Below, piece after piece: positions 29,283-49,348 of a stretch of 64,000 nucleotides of DNA. Within the stretch, counting starts at the first letter, position 1. Every line of letters begins with the position of its first letter. This DNA comes from the human T2T-CHM13v2.0 reference genome, Homo sapiens. A program made the translations under genes and the position numbers. The stretch is taken from assembly GCF_009914755.1 (NCBI RefSeq), contig NC_060938.1; one strand, given 5' to 3'. The notes beneath the pieces are model-generated. The model was not told where the DNA came from, did not search any database, and saw only the letters and a program-made list of their open reading frames with translations.

Positions 29283-29598
29283 CTTCACTTTTTTTTTTTT
29301 TTTTTAATGGCAGTGAATTTTGAAGATACTATCCCATTATCTTTTACTTCCATTGAAACTGATGAGAAGTTGGCTGTCATAATAATGCTTCCTTTGTAGA
29401 TAATCTGTCTTCATTATTTGTCCTTAATCTTATTTTCGTCTTTGGTATTCTATTGTTTCAGTATGATGTGTCAAAGCAAGTATTTCTTTTCATTTATACT
29501 GCTTTAGATTTTTTATGTTTGTTGAACATCAGTTTTAAAAGTTTTCAATTATGTCTTTAAATATTGTCTTTTTTCCTGTTCTATCTAGTTTTGCCTAT

Positions 29599-30011
29599 TG
29601 TTATGGACTGAATTTCATCCCATCGAAATTCATATGTTAAAGCCCTAACCCCCCGTGTGACTGTATTTGGTAACACGGCTTTTAGGGAGGTATAATAACT
29701 AAGGTTAAATGAAGTTGTAAGAGTGGGACCTCATCCAATAGCACGGGTGTCCTTATAAGATGAAGAAGAGAGACCAAAGTATACTTGTGCTCACTCTCCC
29801 CCCAATCCCTCCACATGAACAGAGGAAAGGCCATGTGAGGGCACAATGAAAAGGCAGCTGTCTACACTCTAGAGAGGCCTCACCAGAAACCAACCTCCTT
29901 GACAGCACCTTGATCTTGGACTTCTAGCCTCTGGAACTGTGAGAACATTTCTGTTGTTTAAGTCACCCAGTCTGTGGTATTTTGTTATGGCAGTCCTAGC
30001 AAACTAATATA
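29599..30011 (+). mobile_element. MaLR solo LTR (MLT1A-like)
   Basis: tgttatggactgaat...ggtattttgttatggcag..aactaata; 5-bp TSD CCTAT (29594-29598 and 30012-30016). Confidence 0.88.
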
Positions 30012-32254
30012 CCTATATTCTAAAAATGTATTTTGAACTTCTCACTTTATTCTCCAGGTTGTGTAACCTCTCCTTTATATAAGTTTTAATATATTTGTGC
30101 TATATTCTGTGTACTTTTTTTCATTCTAATTTCTATTTTAGTAACTCTCTTTTTAATTATGGACAATTTGATATTTTAATCTAATCATTGAGTTTCTGAT
30201 CTTAGTTTCACATCTCATTTCTAGATGTTGTCTTTAATTTTTTTTACTAGATCTATCTACTTGATAATTTTTTATTGTCTGTTGTTCTTTGGGTATACCC
30301 TCGATACCCTCTTATTTTTTTAAACATAATCATTGTCAACCTGGCAGCACTTTAAACTAAAATTCAATTTATCTAATATGAATTCAGTCCTGGAACCCAT
30401 ACTCAAGAGAACATTTTTTCCCATTCTATTTATAAATAAGGCTGAGATTGGCATGTTCCCTAATTATCATCTTCTATGTGGTGAGAGTTTCCCCCAAGTT
30501 CATCCTTCCACTAAAATGATGCCTTTCAGAGTCTCAGCTTATGTCGAGGTCTTATTTTGACTTCTTACATTCTACAAACCTTCAGTTTTGTCTCCTGACT
30601 CTTGCATGCAGTTAGTGAAAACCAAAATCTTCATGCCACCAGAAACTGTCAGATGCTTCAGGCATATATCATCTCCAATGTTCGTTATTTATCTGGGGGT
30701 AGCTTTCTTGCCAGATCAGCTCTGCATTCATAGACATTTTTAAATAATACTTATGTATTATTTAAAATCTTTTCCCCCTGGTGTTCTGTTCCAAGAGAAT
30801 TCCTCAGGGTATCTGGCTCTCATATGCCAGAAACAGAAGTCTAATTTTATGTGATTAGCAATCAATACCCTTTCACGTTCTGCTTCCAAGATGTTCAGTT
30901 TAATTCTACTATTAAACACCTCACTACAAATTCAGATTTGTGAGTTAACAGTTAGTCTCCAGGCATGGCTAAATATTAACAGTGGAGCCTTGTTAAGTCA
31001 GGAATGTGACAGATCAAGTCTGCAGTTAACACTGTCATTCAAATATGTAATTCTAGTAAATGCCAACTTTGTGCCAAATATGATGCTAGAAATTGGAGAT
31101 ATATTTTTTTAAAAGATGTGATCTCCAAGGTCCTCATAATCTAGAGGGGGAGATGGACCAATAAAGAGAAAATTACAGTTCAGTGTTATTTCCCCGGGGG
31201 GTGTGACAGCTCAGAAAAGGTCACCTAATCCAGACTCCAGTAAAAGTGGGAGGACTCTCTTAGAAGGCAAGGTTGCACAAAAAAGTTGCTGTCAGCAATA
31301 TAGTTAACAAAACCTGATTTGGTCAATTGATTAGGATATGTTGTATTTGAGGCCAACTTCATATATTCCTTTCTACAGAAGCTTCTTATTTTACTTTTTT
31401 TTTTTGGTTTTGTTTTGTGTATCCCTAAGCAACATGTTTACAGAAGCTTCTTATCTTAGCCATGGTCTGTGGTCACAAATGGTATACTTAACTCACATCA
31501 GACTTCCTGCAAACACATGCAACATATGATAACCATGGGCCTTGAAAAGAGAGAGCTGGATGGATCCATCACATTTTCACTCTTACTAGAAGAAATAGCT
31601 TAGAGCAGATGGCCTTGTGGTGCAGTGTGGATAAGAGCATCTTTTTAAATGAAGAATAAAAGATATTTATTCTAGTGAACAGACAGCTTGGCTTCTCAGT
31701 AGAGCATTTAGATACATATTTAATATTCTGACAATTAAAAATTATTTTGCTGCTGTCCCTGACTTCTGTATATGGACAAATTATACCCATAGATCATATA
31801 CCCACCAGTCCAGGACCCAGAAAAAAATTTGCAACACTTAGAGAAACTTTTTCAAAATAGTTATGTTCCAAAGCAACAGTAATAGATTGTTTAGTGTTTG
31901 TGGATGTTTGTCTCATGTTAGGACATTATAAAGGAGAGGATCAGTTGGTGAAGAAGGGTGAATCAGTAGTAATTGTTTGATGACATGTTTGCCGAAAACT
32001 TCCCAGAGAGAGTTCTAATATATCATTTAAAGTTTCAATTCAGTAAACATTTATTAAACACCTGCTGTGTGCAAAGACCCTCAGAAAACCAAAAGACAAG
32101 TAGCAGTCAGCCTCTAATCTCATACTTCCAATTAGAAGAACAAGATTAATAGAGAAATGACTAGATATGTACGTAAGGTAAGTAGAAAAGTACAAAATGT
32201 TTATGTGGATGACACTGTTTATGACAGAATAATAGCTTTAATTTTTCACAATGA

Positions 32255-33800
<1,546 letters not shown>

Positions 33801-34429
33801 GCAAAGGAAAGAGGGAGAGGTAGCCCAGGGAGGTGTAACTACAGCAAGAGAAAGAGTAGATTTCCCCTGCCATACAGTCTCCATCCCACCTCCTTGGCCT
33901 CCTCAGGAACCTGCCTCCATCAATGATCTCCCCTCATCCCTGAATCTTCACTCTGTGCTCTACTCTTTGCCATCAACATATAAACATGTCCAAGTTTCTG
34001 TAATGAAAAAAACAAAAAAAGGCTCTTTTACTTTATATCTGCTTCTGCAGCTTTCATTTCCTTTATGGCCAAGCTTATTGAAAGAATGATTTCATTTTCA
34101 CTTCCTGTCTCCCATTAACTTAACATCTCACCTCTATGATTTGCACCTGCAGCTTGTACTTCCACCCACTCCCCCAGTCAAGGTCATCAATATATATTTT
34201 TTTAGTTATTATCTTGTTTTCTCACTCTTCCAATATGGTCTCCTTTGCTGGCTAGAATTACTCCATGCTCTGGTGGCACAGGTAGGAGTTGAAGTTAGTA
34301 ACTGTCCTCTATTCATCTTGACCTAGGTAGTTAGATAAGTGCTTGTTATCACTTCACAAATGTTTTAGAAGAAAACATAGAGGATTATCTTTATGGCATT
34401 AGAATGCAACAATACAATTTTTCTTTTAA

Positions 34430-34815
34430 TTTTATAGAGGTGAGGTTTCACCATGTTGGCCAGGCTGGTCTAAAACTCCTGACCTCAGGTGATCCTCCTG
34501 CCTCTGCATCCCAAAGTGCTGGGATTACAGGCATGAATCACCGTGCCTGGCCTTTTTTTTTTTTTTTTGAGGGAGTCTCGTTCTGTTGCCCAGGCTGGAG
34601 TGCAGCAGTGCGATCTCTGTTCACTGCAAGCTCCGCAGGTTCAACCTCCTGAGTAGCTGACTACAGGCATGTGCACCAGGCCTGGCTAATTTTTTGTATC
34701 ATTACTAGAGACAGGGTTTCACCGTGATGGCCAGGCTGGTTTCCTGACCTCAAGCAATCAACCTTCCTTGACCTCCTATAGTGCTGGATTACAGGTGTGA
34801 GCCAAAGTGCCCAGC
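34430..34815 (-). mobile_element. Alu left-arm fragment followed by a degenerate Alu
   Basis: Two adjacent antisense Alu sequences. Confidence 0.8.
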
Positions 34816-34846
34816 CAGGAATAATGTTTAGATAAGAAAAAATATT

Positions 34847-35171
34847 GGCTGGATGCGGTGGCTCACCCCTATAATCCCAGCACTTTTGGAGGCCAAGGCG
34901 AGTGTATTACTTGAGCTCAGGAGTTCGAGACCAGCCTGGCCTATATGGTGAAACCTCGTCTCTACTAAAAATACAAAAATTGGCTGGGTGTGGTGGAGCA
35001 TGCCCGTAATCTCAGCCACTTGGAAGGCTGAAGTGGGAGAATCACTTGAATCCGAGAAGTGGAGGTTGCAGTGAGCCGAGATCACACCACTGCCCTCCAG
35101 CCTGGGTGATAGAGTGAGACTCCATCTCAAAAAAGAAAAAGAAAAAAAAAAGAAGAAGAAAAAGAAAAAAA
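34847..35171 (+). mobile_element. Alu
   Basis: Full dimer with an A/GA tail. Confidence 0.9.
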
Positions 35172-35724
35172 TACTATACAATCCATAAAGAAAACTAACA
35201 AATTTGACTATATTCAAATATATATTTGTACACAAGATACCACAAACAAGGTTAAAAGATGAGACTCAAAAACACAGGGAGAAGATGTTAGTAACCAACA
35301 TAACCTAGAAAGAATTAGTATTACAGAATACATAAATAATTCTTGAAAATCAATAAGAAAATGATAACCAAAAAGGAAAATTACAAAAGTTTATGAAAAG
35401 GCAACTGACAGTAAATCTGTGGAAAAAATGGTTGTTCTCCTGAGTAATCATGGAAATGCAAATAAAAATCATAATGGAATACTGTTTCATACCAATCAGA
35501 CTGGCACAAACTTTAGAATATGATAACATTAAGGATTACCAAGTAAATCAACAGGAATTCTCATATATTGCTTGTGGTCGTGTGAACTGGAATAATTATC
35601 TGGAAACCAATTAGACTGCATCAGGTAAGGTTGAAGATTCTAGTACCTGAAGACCCAATAATTCAGCTTCTGGAAATGTATCCTAGAGAAGCTCTCACAT
35701 ATATACATTAAGAGACCTCTATAA

Positions 35725-36350
<626 letters not shown>

Positions 36351-36424
36351 CTTCTATAAGAATGTTTTCATCAGTCTTGTTTGGTAGCAAAATAATAGAT
36401 ACAACCTAAGTCTTCTTTCTGTGA

Positions 36425-36727
<303 letters not shown>

Positions 36728-36756
36728 GAGTGAATAAATTTTAAAATGATGCTATA

Positions 36757-37046
<290 letters not shown>

Positions 37047-37734
37047 TGATGCTATATTCAGGCAGGGAATACTATCTAGCAGTTACATGAATTAGCATGG
37101 TAAATAGAAAAAATATAATTTTGAGTCAAAACTAACAAAAACCATAACGTTGCAGGAGAATATTATAATTGTAATATGACACAATTTAAATAAAATTTTA
37201 AACCCTGGGAAAGAATATTGCGCATTGTTTATGGATATATACGTATGTGGAAAATTATTTTTTAAACTCACAGGAACTGAAATTTGTGGAGAAAGGAAGC
37301 CAGGAGAGGTACACAGAGTCTAAGATATATGTACAATGTTATTATTTTTTCAAAGTTTGAGGCAAATTGGATAAGTAAATAAGATTATGTGGTTTTCCTT
37401 ATAGTCTCTATACCTGCTTATAGGTTTGAAATATTTCATAATTTTAAAATTATTTAAGATACTAGTTTGCATAATATTAACTTGGTACAAAGTGCACATC
37501 TTGGTTTGGAAGAAAGTTTGGAGAAGTAAACAGAACTCTAAACTTAGGACATCTTAGTCCTAAACCCCAGGCTCTATCAGGAACTAGCAGAATGTAACCT
37601 CAGATACTTCTTTTAGCATCTTTGTATCAAATAGAGGAAGTCCTATTTGATTCACAGTGTGTCACCTGTTTGAAAGCCTTCTGAGAAGCATAAAACACTC
37701 TAAAAATCCAAGAAGGTATTCTTTTTTTTAAAAA

Positions 37735-37768
37735 AACACACACACACATACACACACACACACACACA
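37735..37768. repeat. (CA)n microsatellite
   Basis: Direct observation. Confidence 0.9.
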
Positions 37769-37961
37769 CCCCTCATTTTAAATCTTTTTCATTGTGAAAT
37801 ACGGCCCACATACAGCAAAGTACATAAAACATTGACATTATCATAAAGTGAAACCATGTAGCCACAACCCAGATCTAGAATACTGCCAGCTCCTAGAAAT
37901 CCCGAGTGCCCCCACCAACCTTGGCAATCACTTCCTTGCTTTTTTCCCCCAAGGTGGTATC

Positions 37962-38258
<297 letters not shown>

Positions 38259-39349
38259 CAAGGCAGTGTTTTTGTCTGTAGCCCTTAGAATTTCCGAGTG
38301 CCCCCCCAACCCTGGCAATCCCTTCTTTGCTTTTCTCCCGTCAAGATGGTATCTTTGTTTGTTTGTTTGTTTCAAGGTAATATTCTTGCTAACTTTTGCT
38401 GGGACCAGAATTCTTACACTATGTCAACACAAAGATATTTGGAATGTCTGTGGGCTCAGGGAGAAGGGATTGGGAAGTTCCTGGCTTGATTTTTGCTGAG
38501 CACTTCCTTTGTTTTTTTTTTTTTTACTAAAAGGAAGTCCCAGACTTATGGTGTGCCATAAATAGCAGTACAGCCTGCCACACACTTGAGTTTGTAATGT
38601 GTAGTAGGCACTGTGTTGGGGATTGTGTAAACTTATCTCATTTAATCCCTAAAACAGCCCCGTGAGATAAGAAAATGGAGGTTTTCTAAGGTCAAAGAGC
38701 CAAAGGGAAAGGTAAAGGAAAGAAAAGTTGTACTTAATTCATAAATATTCAAGTCTAATGTAATTTATTTAAATTTTTTTCAAGGTAAAATGCACAAAGC
38801 ATAGCTCAATGTGACTGATTTTTTCATTTCATTTTGGCTCTTCGAAGTATTTATAGAATTGCCATTGATTTTACCTCTGTAGAACTTAAACTTTCTTTTT
38901 CTTGGATCAAAGAATTTTGGACACATTTAGGTTTCACTAAAATATATTTTATTTATAAAAGACTATACAAACTCTATGTATATGTTTTATTTGCATACAT
39001 ATAGTCATATGTAGAGTCATGTATATAGTCAGCCATACTAGAAATCTGCCAGTGTCGGTAATGAATGTTCAGTTGACAAAAGGTGGAATAGTTTGGCTGC
39101 TTTACTCTTTGGGCTCATCTAAACATACATGTCACAAACTCAGGATAAAAGCAAAGCCTCATCTGAATTGTGAAAATAGATAGTCCAATCTAACCTGGGA
39201 AGATTGCTTGCCTGCAGTAAATGGCCATCAGTCTAAGAGAATGCTCAGAAAGACCCTTCTAAAAATAAAAGCAGCTGACCTAATGGAGAAAAGAGACATC
39301 ATTGGACATTTTGACTATGGTTTTATTTCACTAAATTGCTGAGTATATG

Positions 39350-39790
39350 CTGAGTTAGAAAAAATAACATTCAATATATAGTTTCCAAGTGCCCGCTCTG
39401 TCTAAGGCACTATGTGGCGGAGGTCCAGGGGACACAAAAATGAGTGAGCTGTCATCCCAACCATTAGGGAGGTTATAGTCTAGTGAGGGGTAAAGATAAA
39501 ACATAACACGGATAACTACTTCTATGAGGCAATGTACGATAAGAATTACGAGAAAGCAGCAGATTGGAAATGAGCCAATAGTTATTTGAGTACTTTTTAT
39601 GAGCCAGGTATGTTTCAAATGTCATCTTATTTCAATCTTATAATAATGTGAGGAGGTAGGTCTTACGTCCAATTCAAGGAACTGGGGAAGCACAGATAAC
39701 TTACCCAGGACCACATTAGTAAATGGCACACTGAGATTCAACTCCAGATACGTCCTGCCCAAAAGCACTGTTTCTAACAACTCCAAAGGC
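39350..39790. mobile_element. L2 and MIR fragments
   Basis: cattcaatatatagtttccaagtgcc..aggcact (L2 3' end); gataacttacccaggaccaca..gattcaactccag (MIR core). Confidence 0.55.
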
Positions 39791-41453
39791 TTAAGGGCCA
39801 TGTGATCTACCAAAAGGGGGTCCTTTACTAACCATGTATCTCAGAATGATGAGAAAGGACCAAGGAGGATACAACATTCTATGATGACTTCAGACATCAT
39901 CATGTGTGCCATCCAAGGAGGGCGACCTGGAGTTATTTTCTCAGTCTAGAATATGACACATTTCGGCTGGAAAACATGAAGCAAGATCTGATCAACAGGC
40001 ATTCTCCTGCATCTGCCATCAGCTTCAAACTCTGCTTTAAAAAGTCACAAGTGATTGTTTTTCATGTGATTACGAGCACGCTGGATATGTTTTCATAAAA
40101 TAGAATGGAAAAACCCAACTCAGCCTTCCTGTATAAATTGTAGGGGTCCATTTTCATTTTCATTCTTATATAAGTGGTCATTTTGATTATTAATTTTCTT
40201 TTTGTTCAGGCGATTGTGCGGCCTGAGTGTCCTTCTCTGTTCAATTGCTTGCCTCCACTTGAATACCTGTTCTAGGTTTCTCGAGAGCTACCAGCACTGT
40301 CATCATTATTTTGCAAGGCAAATGAACATAAATATAGATTTTCATCATGTATAGAATCAACTAACAATCAGCAAAAGTTATATGAGTTGTGTGGTATAGA
40401 AGGGATGCCAGAAGATTAGCCCAGAAAGGATAACTCAGCACTCTGGTGTAACTTCAGTTCTGCCAGTAAGCCACTAGGCTGACTGTGTTGCCTCCTGGAA
40501 GCGTCTCTGTTTCCAAGCAGGCAATGACTAATGACGCTTGTCACCTGTTATCTTCCATGAAGTCCTAATAGAGTTTAATGAAAGATAACACCATTTCTCA
40601 AAATGGTATAAACCATAGTAGAAATTAAAATAATAGGAAATAATCTCACCCATGTTTTGCCTTGCACAGATTTGCTTGGCTTTGAGAAAGCTGGCTTTAT
40701 GACAAGATTTGAGATTTTAGTCAAGATAACTACAATTTTAGCTTTTCAATGATGTTAAACATAGCTAAAATTCTAATGTCTGGTATCTCTGTTTCTATTT
40801 TGATGAGAACCAATATAAACATTAAAAGATCAAAAGCAACAATAATGTTGAGTGGTAACAGATGCATAGGCTGGTGAAATAGTGTGGGACAGCTGTATGT
40901 CTCTCAAACAATTCCAATGTACTAGGGGCTAATAAGACCTCTACAGTATGAAACCTTTACTCTCTATACTATGCATGATATAATGGATGAGGGGTTCGTA
41001 TGTAGTCTGATTTTCATGAGTTATCTCAAGCCAGTAGGTTTTAAAAATCTCTAGTCACTTACAAGTATAACTCTCTAACTACTTGAGCCCTGAGGAAAAA
41101 AGTGAGAGTTCCCAGTGAAATTGAGGGACCATAGTGGATCTTAACAGTGTGATGTGCTTTGGTTAAACACACCGTCTACATGCTCTTAATTTGTGTGTAA
41201 TGATCTGGTGAATTGTCAATCTGTCCTTTTTAAAGGAGCATGTAAGAAAATAAGATGTACATAAATGTGCACTGGTAAAATATGGCCTCATGTTCTCATT
41301 TTGAAACTGTTTTCACTGCACAGTGAGAATAAAAGTATGTGAGAGTTGATCTTTGAAGTCAATGGCGCTAAGGTTAATATGACAGGCAAATATGTGATTC
41401 ACACACCCTTCCTCAGAAATGAGTAAAATGTGATCAAATGTTTCATTTTCTAA

Positions 41454-41846
<393 letters not shown>

Positions 41847-42249
41847 TAGTCAAATGAAACTCCCATGAGGCAAGGGGTGCAGTGTCATGGTCACTGCTGA
41901 ACCTCTGGTGCCTAGAACATTGCCTGGCATATAAATAAGGGCTCAGTAAATACTTATTAAATAAAGGAATTAATATAAGTTAAAAGCATTCAGTGAACTA
42001 CTTTAGAAGTATATTTATATGTTTCTTGACTCAACTTGACTGACGCCTCCACGGACACAATGTCTACCAGCTTAGCTTAATACCTTATAATGATGGGATC
42101 AATACATGTTTAGTGAAGGGGTACAGGTAGAGTACAAAGTTCCAAAAACCATGGTACACTGGTTAGAAACAGTAAATCCTTTGGCATTAGACTTCAGCAA
42201 CAGATTTGTTTTTTGTTTTTGATGATCTCTTCTTTTTATTTAAGCATGC

Positions 42250-43720
<1,471 letters not shown>

Positions 43721-44363
43721 TTACAAAAAAGATAACAGTTTTATCTACCTTTGTAGAAGCTCTCAGAAATGCTGGGACTCTATCTATGTAACTCTCCTGG
43801 GATCCTGTAATGAAAACTATTTTATTAAAACAAAAGTTTATTGCCTAAAATAAAGGTGATTTTGATTGATGAAACATGCATTTAAATAATTAAATTATTA
43901 TTTAGTCACTTTATTCGAAAACTGAACACAAAGACAATTCTGAATCATTTCTATTAATGGAGACTAACATGGGCACAGATGATGTGTCTTGGATAATTTC
44001 ATTATTGTTGTTTATAGTTGCAGGCTTTCTCCTTTGTTTTTATTTCTATGACAATTATATTACCTTTCATTTCATGTGTAAGCATCAGTAGTTTAAAGAA
44101 GGTAGCCCGGAAACATTTTGGAAGGTGGTCTGATATTGAATTATTTTCCTTCATAATCTAGAACACATAGACTTGACTGAAGATTTTCCTTTTTATTATG
44201 TTCTATGTATTGATTGAATTTCAAATCAGTTCATAAAAATTTTCCTTGTTAAAGCTATACAGCATTTGGTTATCTTTAATGTTAAATGAAATCACAGAAT
44301 AATAGAAAAAGGTTGAGATTAGGATTCTGAGGATCCTTAGTTTGAACGTTGTCTTTCCCTTAA

Positions 44364-44696
<333 letters not shown>

Positions 44697-46100
44697 GCTG
44701 CAAGGTACATAATTCTTTTGAGCATCAGTTTCCTCAGCTGTAGAATGGGTAATAGCTATGTCGGAATTATTGCAAATACTAAATGCAATCTTGTATGTAA
44801 AATACCTGTCAAGTATTTGTTGATTAATAAATATTACACTCTTCCACCACATTTTCTAACTCTTGAGTTATTACCTCTAGGAAAGAATAAATATAATGAT
44901 ACACAAATTCCAGGAACTGAAGTTTTCCGTATCAGCCTATACAGTGTTCCTCAGACTAGGATCTAGAACCTCTTGGAGTCTTCAGACAGATTCTTAAGGG
45001 TTAGAGGATTCTCTAGAGGATTTTTAGAAATAGTTTTTTATTGGGATGATCATCTTAAAATATTAAAATAGGCAGGGTCTAAAACATCTGAATATTCACC
45101 TTATAACTAAATATTGTCATGAGATTTCAACATGAATCTTCATTGTTTGCCATGCCATCTTACTTAGCTAACAGATTGTCAGTGTGACAGTGTTTGTAAC
45201 TGGCTGCTATTAGGTGGGCATGTCCTGCTATCTAAATGACAGCAATGGCTAGTGTCTGCCACCATGCTTATGTTGAATTACTTGTTAATGAGGTCAAAAT
45301 TTCTTTTTCTCAGTGATAATACATACAAGAATAACATTTCCAATTACCAAGACTTTACCAAGAAAACCAAGTTTCTTATGGTTTTAATAAATCAATACTT
45401 TCATTTCACATAATGAAAATAACACGACTGACTAATGTACTACTTTGTAGGGGCTAATAAGAAATGAACAGGGACAGATTGAATAATGTAAGTGATATAT
45501 TTGTACCAGGCGAAAGCCAAATGCTTTCAGACACGTTGTACCAATAAAAGTGTAACAGTAATTTGAATATTCTAAAATGAAAACAGGATGGAAAAATAAT
45601 AAAATTCAACTTATGATTAACTTTGAAATGGTGTGAATGAGTGACTTTTGGTATCTACTAATCACCTTGTGAAATTCTGCCCTCTCAAGCCTCATTCATA
45701 TGGCAGATGTGGTGCTGAGCCTGTTTGAAAAACCACAAGCTGTGTGATGCCTGTGTCAGAATTGTTTCACTACAGAAACCTGTCTGCCCTGTTTTGAGAG
45801 TGAGAGGGAATTTTTGAGGACACAGACTATCTCCATTAATCTTTTTCTCTTTTGCCAACAATTGTTGCAATATTTGCCAAATAGAGTCCCACACAGATAT
45901 AAATAAAAAGACAGTGAGAAGCCTTGTGTCTTCTTTATCTTCAATGGTCTAACTACAAATTCAAGACTGAAACTTTAAAAATAGCTTTAAAATAGTCTTA
46001 ATAATTAAAACTAACTTCAGGTAATCTTTCCTATTCCAAATTTCAGCAAAATCTGATTGGATATATATTTAGTGGTGATTTAAATTATACTGTTATATTA

Positions 46101-46395
<295 letters not shown>

Positions 46396-46782
46396 GAGAT
46401 ATGGCTAATATGTTGGCAAACTCAAACTGCATTATCTTCTGCAATACATTAATAAATTAATGCTGTTAATTTGAATTTTATTGATTTGTACTTTCATGTC
46501 GAATTTGTAAATCTGCTTTTGTTTTAGAGCTGTGTAACAGCTATAGGAGAAAGGAGTTTATGCTGTTTTGTGTTTATATTTATTTAAAGAACAATAGAAG
46601 GAATTTAAGTAACAGTGGAGATCTTGGGAGAATTCTGTGCTTTAAAAGAGGACATACATAAATCACCTGTGAGAAATTCTGTTTTAGCTCTTTTAACATT
46701 ACATTGTTCAGTAATGCCCTAACTCTAAAATTAAGTTTTCTTATTATTTCTGTACACATCTGAGCATTTAAAACAACTTACT

Positions 46783-47660
46783 TTATTTATTTTTTTTTTT
46801 TTAGTGGCAGGGTTCTCACTCTGTCACCCAGGCTGGAGTGTAGCAGTTTGATCATAGTTCACTGCAGCGTTGAATTCCTGGGCTAAAGCTATCCTCAGCC
46901 TCACAAATAGCTAGGACTATAGGAGCATGCCACTGGGCCGAGTGTGTGTATATATATATATATGCATGCCCAGTATACAGAGTCCCACACAGATATAAAT
47001 AAAACACAATGAGAAGCCTTGTTTCTTCTTTATCTCCAATGGTCTAACTATAAATTCAAGACTGAAAGTTTAAAAATAGCTTAAAAATCGTGTTAATAAT
47101 TAAACTAACTTTAGGTAATCTTCAGGTATATACACCCAGTATATACCTCTATACAAATATATAGATATACTGGGTGTATATTTATATATATATAGAGAGA
47201 GGTATATACTGGGTGTATATACCTGAAGATATATATATCTAGATATAAATATAGATATGTCTAGATATATATTTTATAGATATATCTATATTTATATCTA
47301 GATATATATAAAATATATATTTATATATCTAGATATATATCTAGCTATAAATATCTAGATATATATCTAGCTATAAATATATATAATATGTATCTAGATA
47401 TAAATATATAATCTAGATATATATATCTAGATATATATCTAGATTATATATAAATATATAAATATATCTGTATAAAATATAATATATATTTGTATTTATT
47501 TCTATCTATCTATCTATCTATATAGATAGATATAGATATAGCTATATATAGAGAGAGATAGGGAGGCTGGGGTCTCACTAAGTTTCCCAGGTGGTTTTGA
47601 ACACTTGGTCTCAAGGGGTCTTCCCACCTTGGCCTCACAAAACTCTGGGACCTCACCAGG
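46783..47660 (-). mobile_element. AluJ-like element whose central linker is expanded by ~620 bp of inserted/low-complexity DNA
   Basis: Right arm 46783-46940 and left arm ~47560-47660, separated by a local duplication and an AT-rich repeat. Confidence 0.75.
47126..47560. repeat. AT-rich quasi-palindromic (TA/TCTAGA) low-complexity minisatellite
   Basis: Repeated ATATATCTAGATATAT units and (TCTA)n/(TAGA)n. Confidence 0.9.
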
Positions 47661-49348
47661 CCTACGACCATTTATAAAGATTTTTCTCCCCTAATGGATT
47701 TATCTCCTGCCAACCTTCAAACATTTCTTTTTCTTGTATGTGCTAAGTCTTTTCCCACTTTTCAGAATGGAAAGAGTTTATAAGTCGTCATCTGGGAATG
47801 CAGCCTAACTCTGAAGGCGCATATAGCTTGTAGGGACATCAAGTTCATGACCCTGTAACTCTGATCGTCCTTCTAACTATAGATTCTTCTAACCATGTAT
47901 CCTTTAATAAACTGATTAGTTGTAAGGTTTTTAAGAGAGAACATGAAAGAATTTTGATATACTTCTACAATCATAAAATTGAACATCAATTTACTGCTTC
48001 CTAGCTTTGAAGTCACAAAGCAGAAATAGCTTATTGGAAAGACAGGGCGTTAGAAGAAATATATCAAAGCACATTTTATTTGTAATTGGAAAATTTAACT
48101 CAACAGGAATGTCGTTTTTGCCTAATTTTTTTGAGGGGGAAAGAACAGTGTTTCTATTACTTTTCAAAAGCTGTGAAAGAAAAGAATTATAACCTCAAAC
48201 ACAGAAAAACATAGGGTTAGCAATAATTCCTGTGGGCTTAACTTTCTGTTCCTCTTTCTGTTTTTGGCTCAGCAATACCAGAAACTCGTATATGATTTCA
48301 CACTATTTTCTTTTGGTACATCAGAAAATTGGATACCAATTAAAATTTTTCTCAATTACTGATTTTTAGTAGGTTCTTACTTCAAAATATTGTTACAGGA
48401 AGGGGTAAAACGACGACAGGAAGGAGAAAAAGCAAAACTCCAGTTATTGGTAAATGTGCCATATTCCTCATTCAACGTGCCGTTTTAACGCAACACAGGC
48501 AAACATTTGCCCTTTACTTTCTTCAATATATGAAATACTGTAACCAAATAAATACCAGAGGCTTTGATCTTTGGCCCTCATCTCACAACGCTCAGGGATA
48601 TGACTTGAACAGTACGATTTTTGCTGTAGTTAAAAATCAGAATATTTAACACTAACAGTATTTCTTACGAGTAGGTCTGTCCCGTACTTTTGTATCCTAA
48701 CAGGGTTAGGATGAGAGTGCAGGGAGGTATAAGGACGTACAAGAATGCTTCTCCAGTTCAACTCTAAGTGAACGATGTAATTCCTCAAATCCACCTCTCA
48801 GCCTGTTTTTCAGCGTTCCTGTGTTTGGCTGCCAGGGGCGAAAGTAGCGGTCGAGGGAAGACACCTGTGAAGGGGCGTGGCTACTCGCCCGGGTTCCTCC
48901 GTCCCTGACCCCAGAGGCGCCTGCGCAGAATGGACAGAGGCGCTGCTGTACGAGAGGGGTGTGGCCGCCCTGTCCAAGGTCCTCAGCCCCCGACCCGACG
49001 GGCGCCTATGCACACCGGCCGGAGATAGTCACGCAGATGCCAGTGGAGTCCACCGCAACTTAGAATGTAGTGCCGACGGCTCCAGAACTGAGTGGCCGAA
49101 TCGTTGCAAGGACTCTCCCGGAGGGTTGAACTTTGGGTTCACTTCAGCAAAGTCTGTTGGCACAAGGCCCCAATGTCACCGGCGAAATATCGGTGAAAAC
49201 TTCCATGTTTGGGGGAAGACCCCTGCCCGACCTAGTGACCTAGCGGGCCAACCGCCTCCCCAGCTCTCAGAGAGACTTCGGGGAGACGCCAAGCGCTCCA
49301 GGCCGGCCCTGTCCTCTGCGCTCCACTGCTGCCGCACGGACTGCCAGA

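Noticed and set aside
47126-47560. Repeat-spacer (CRISPR-like) array
   Set aside because: Low-complexity TA/TCTAGA expansion with no constant repeat and unique spacers; eukaryotic context
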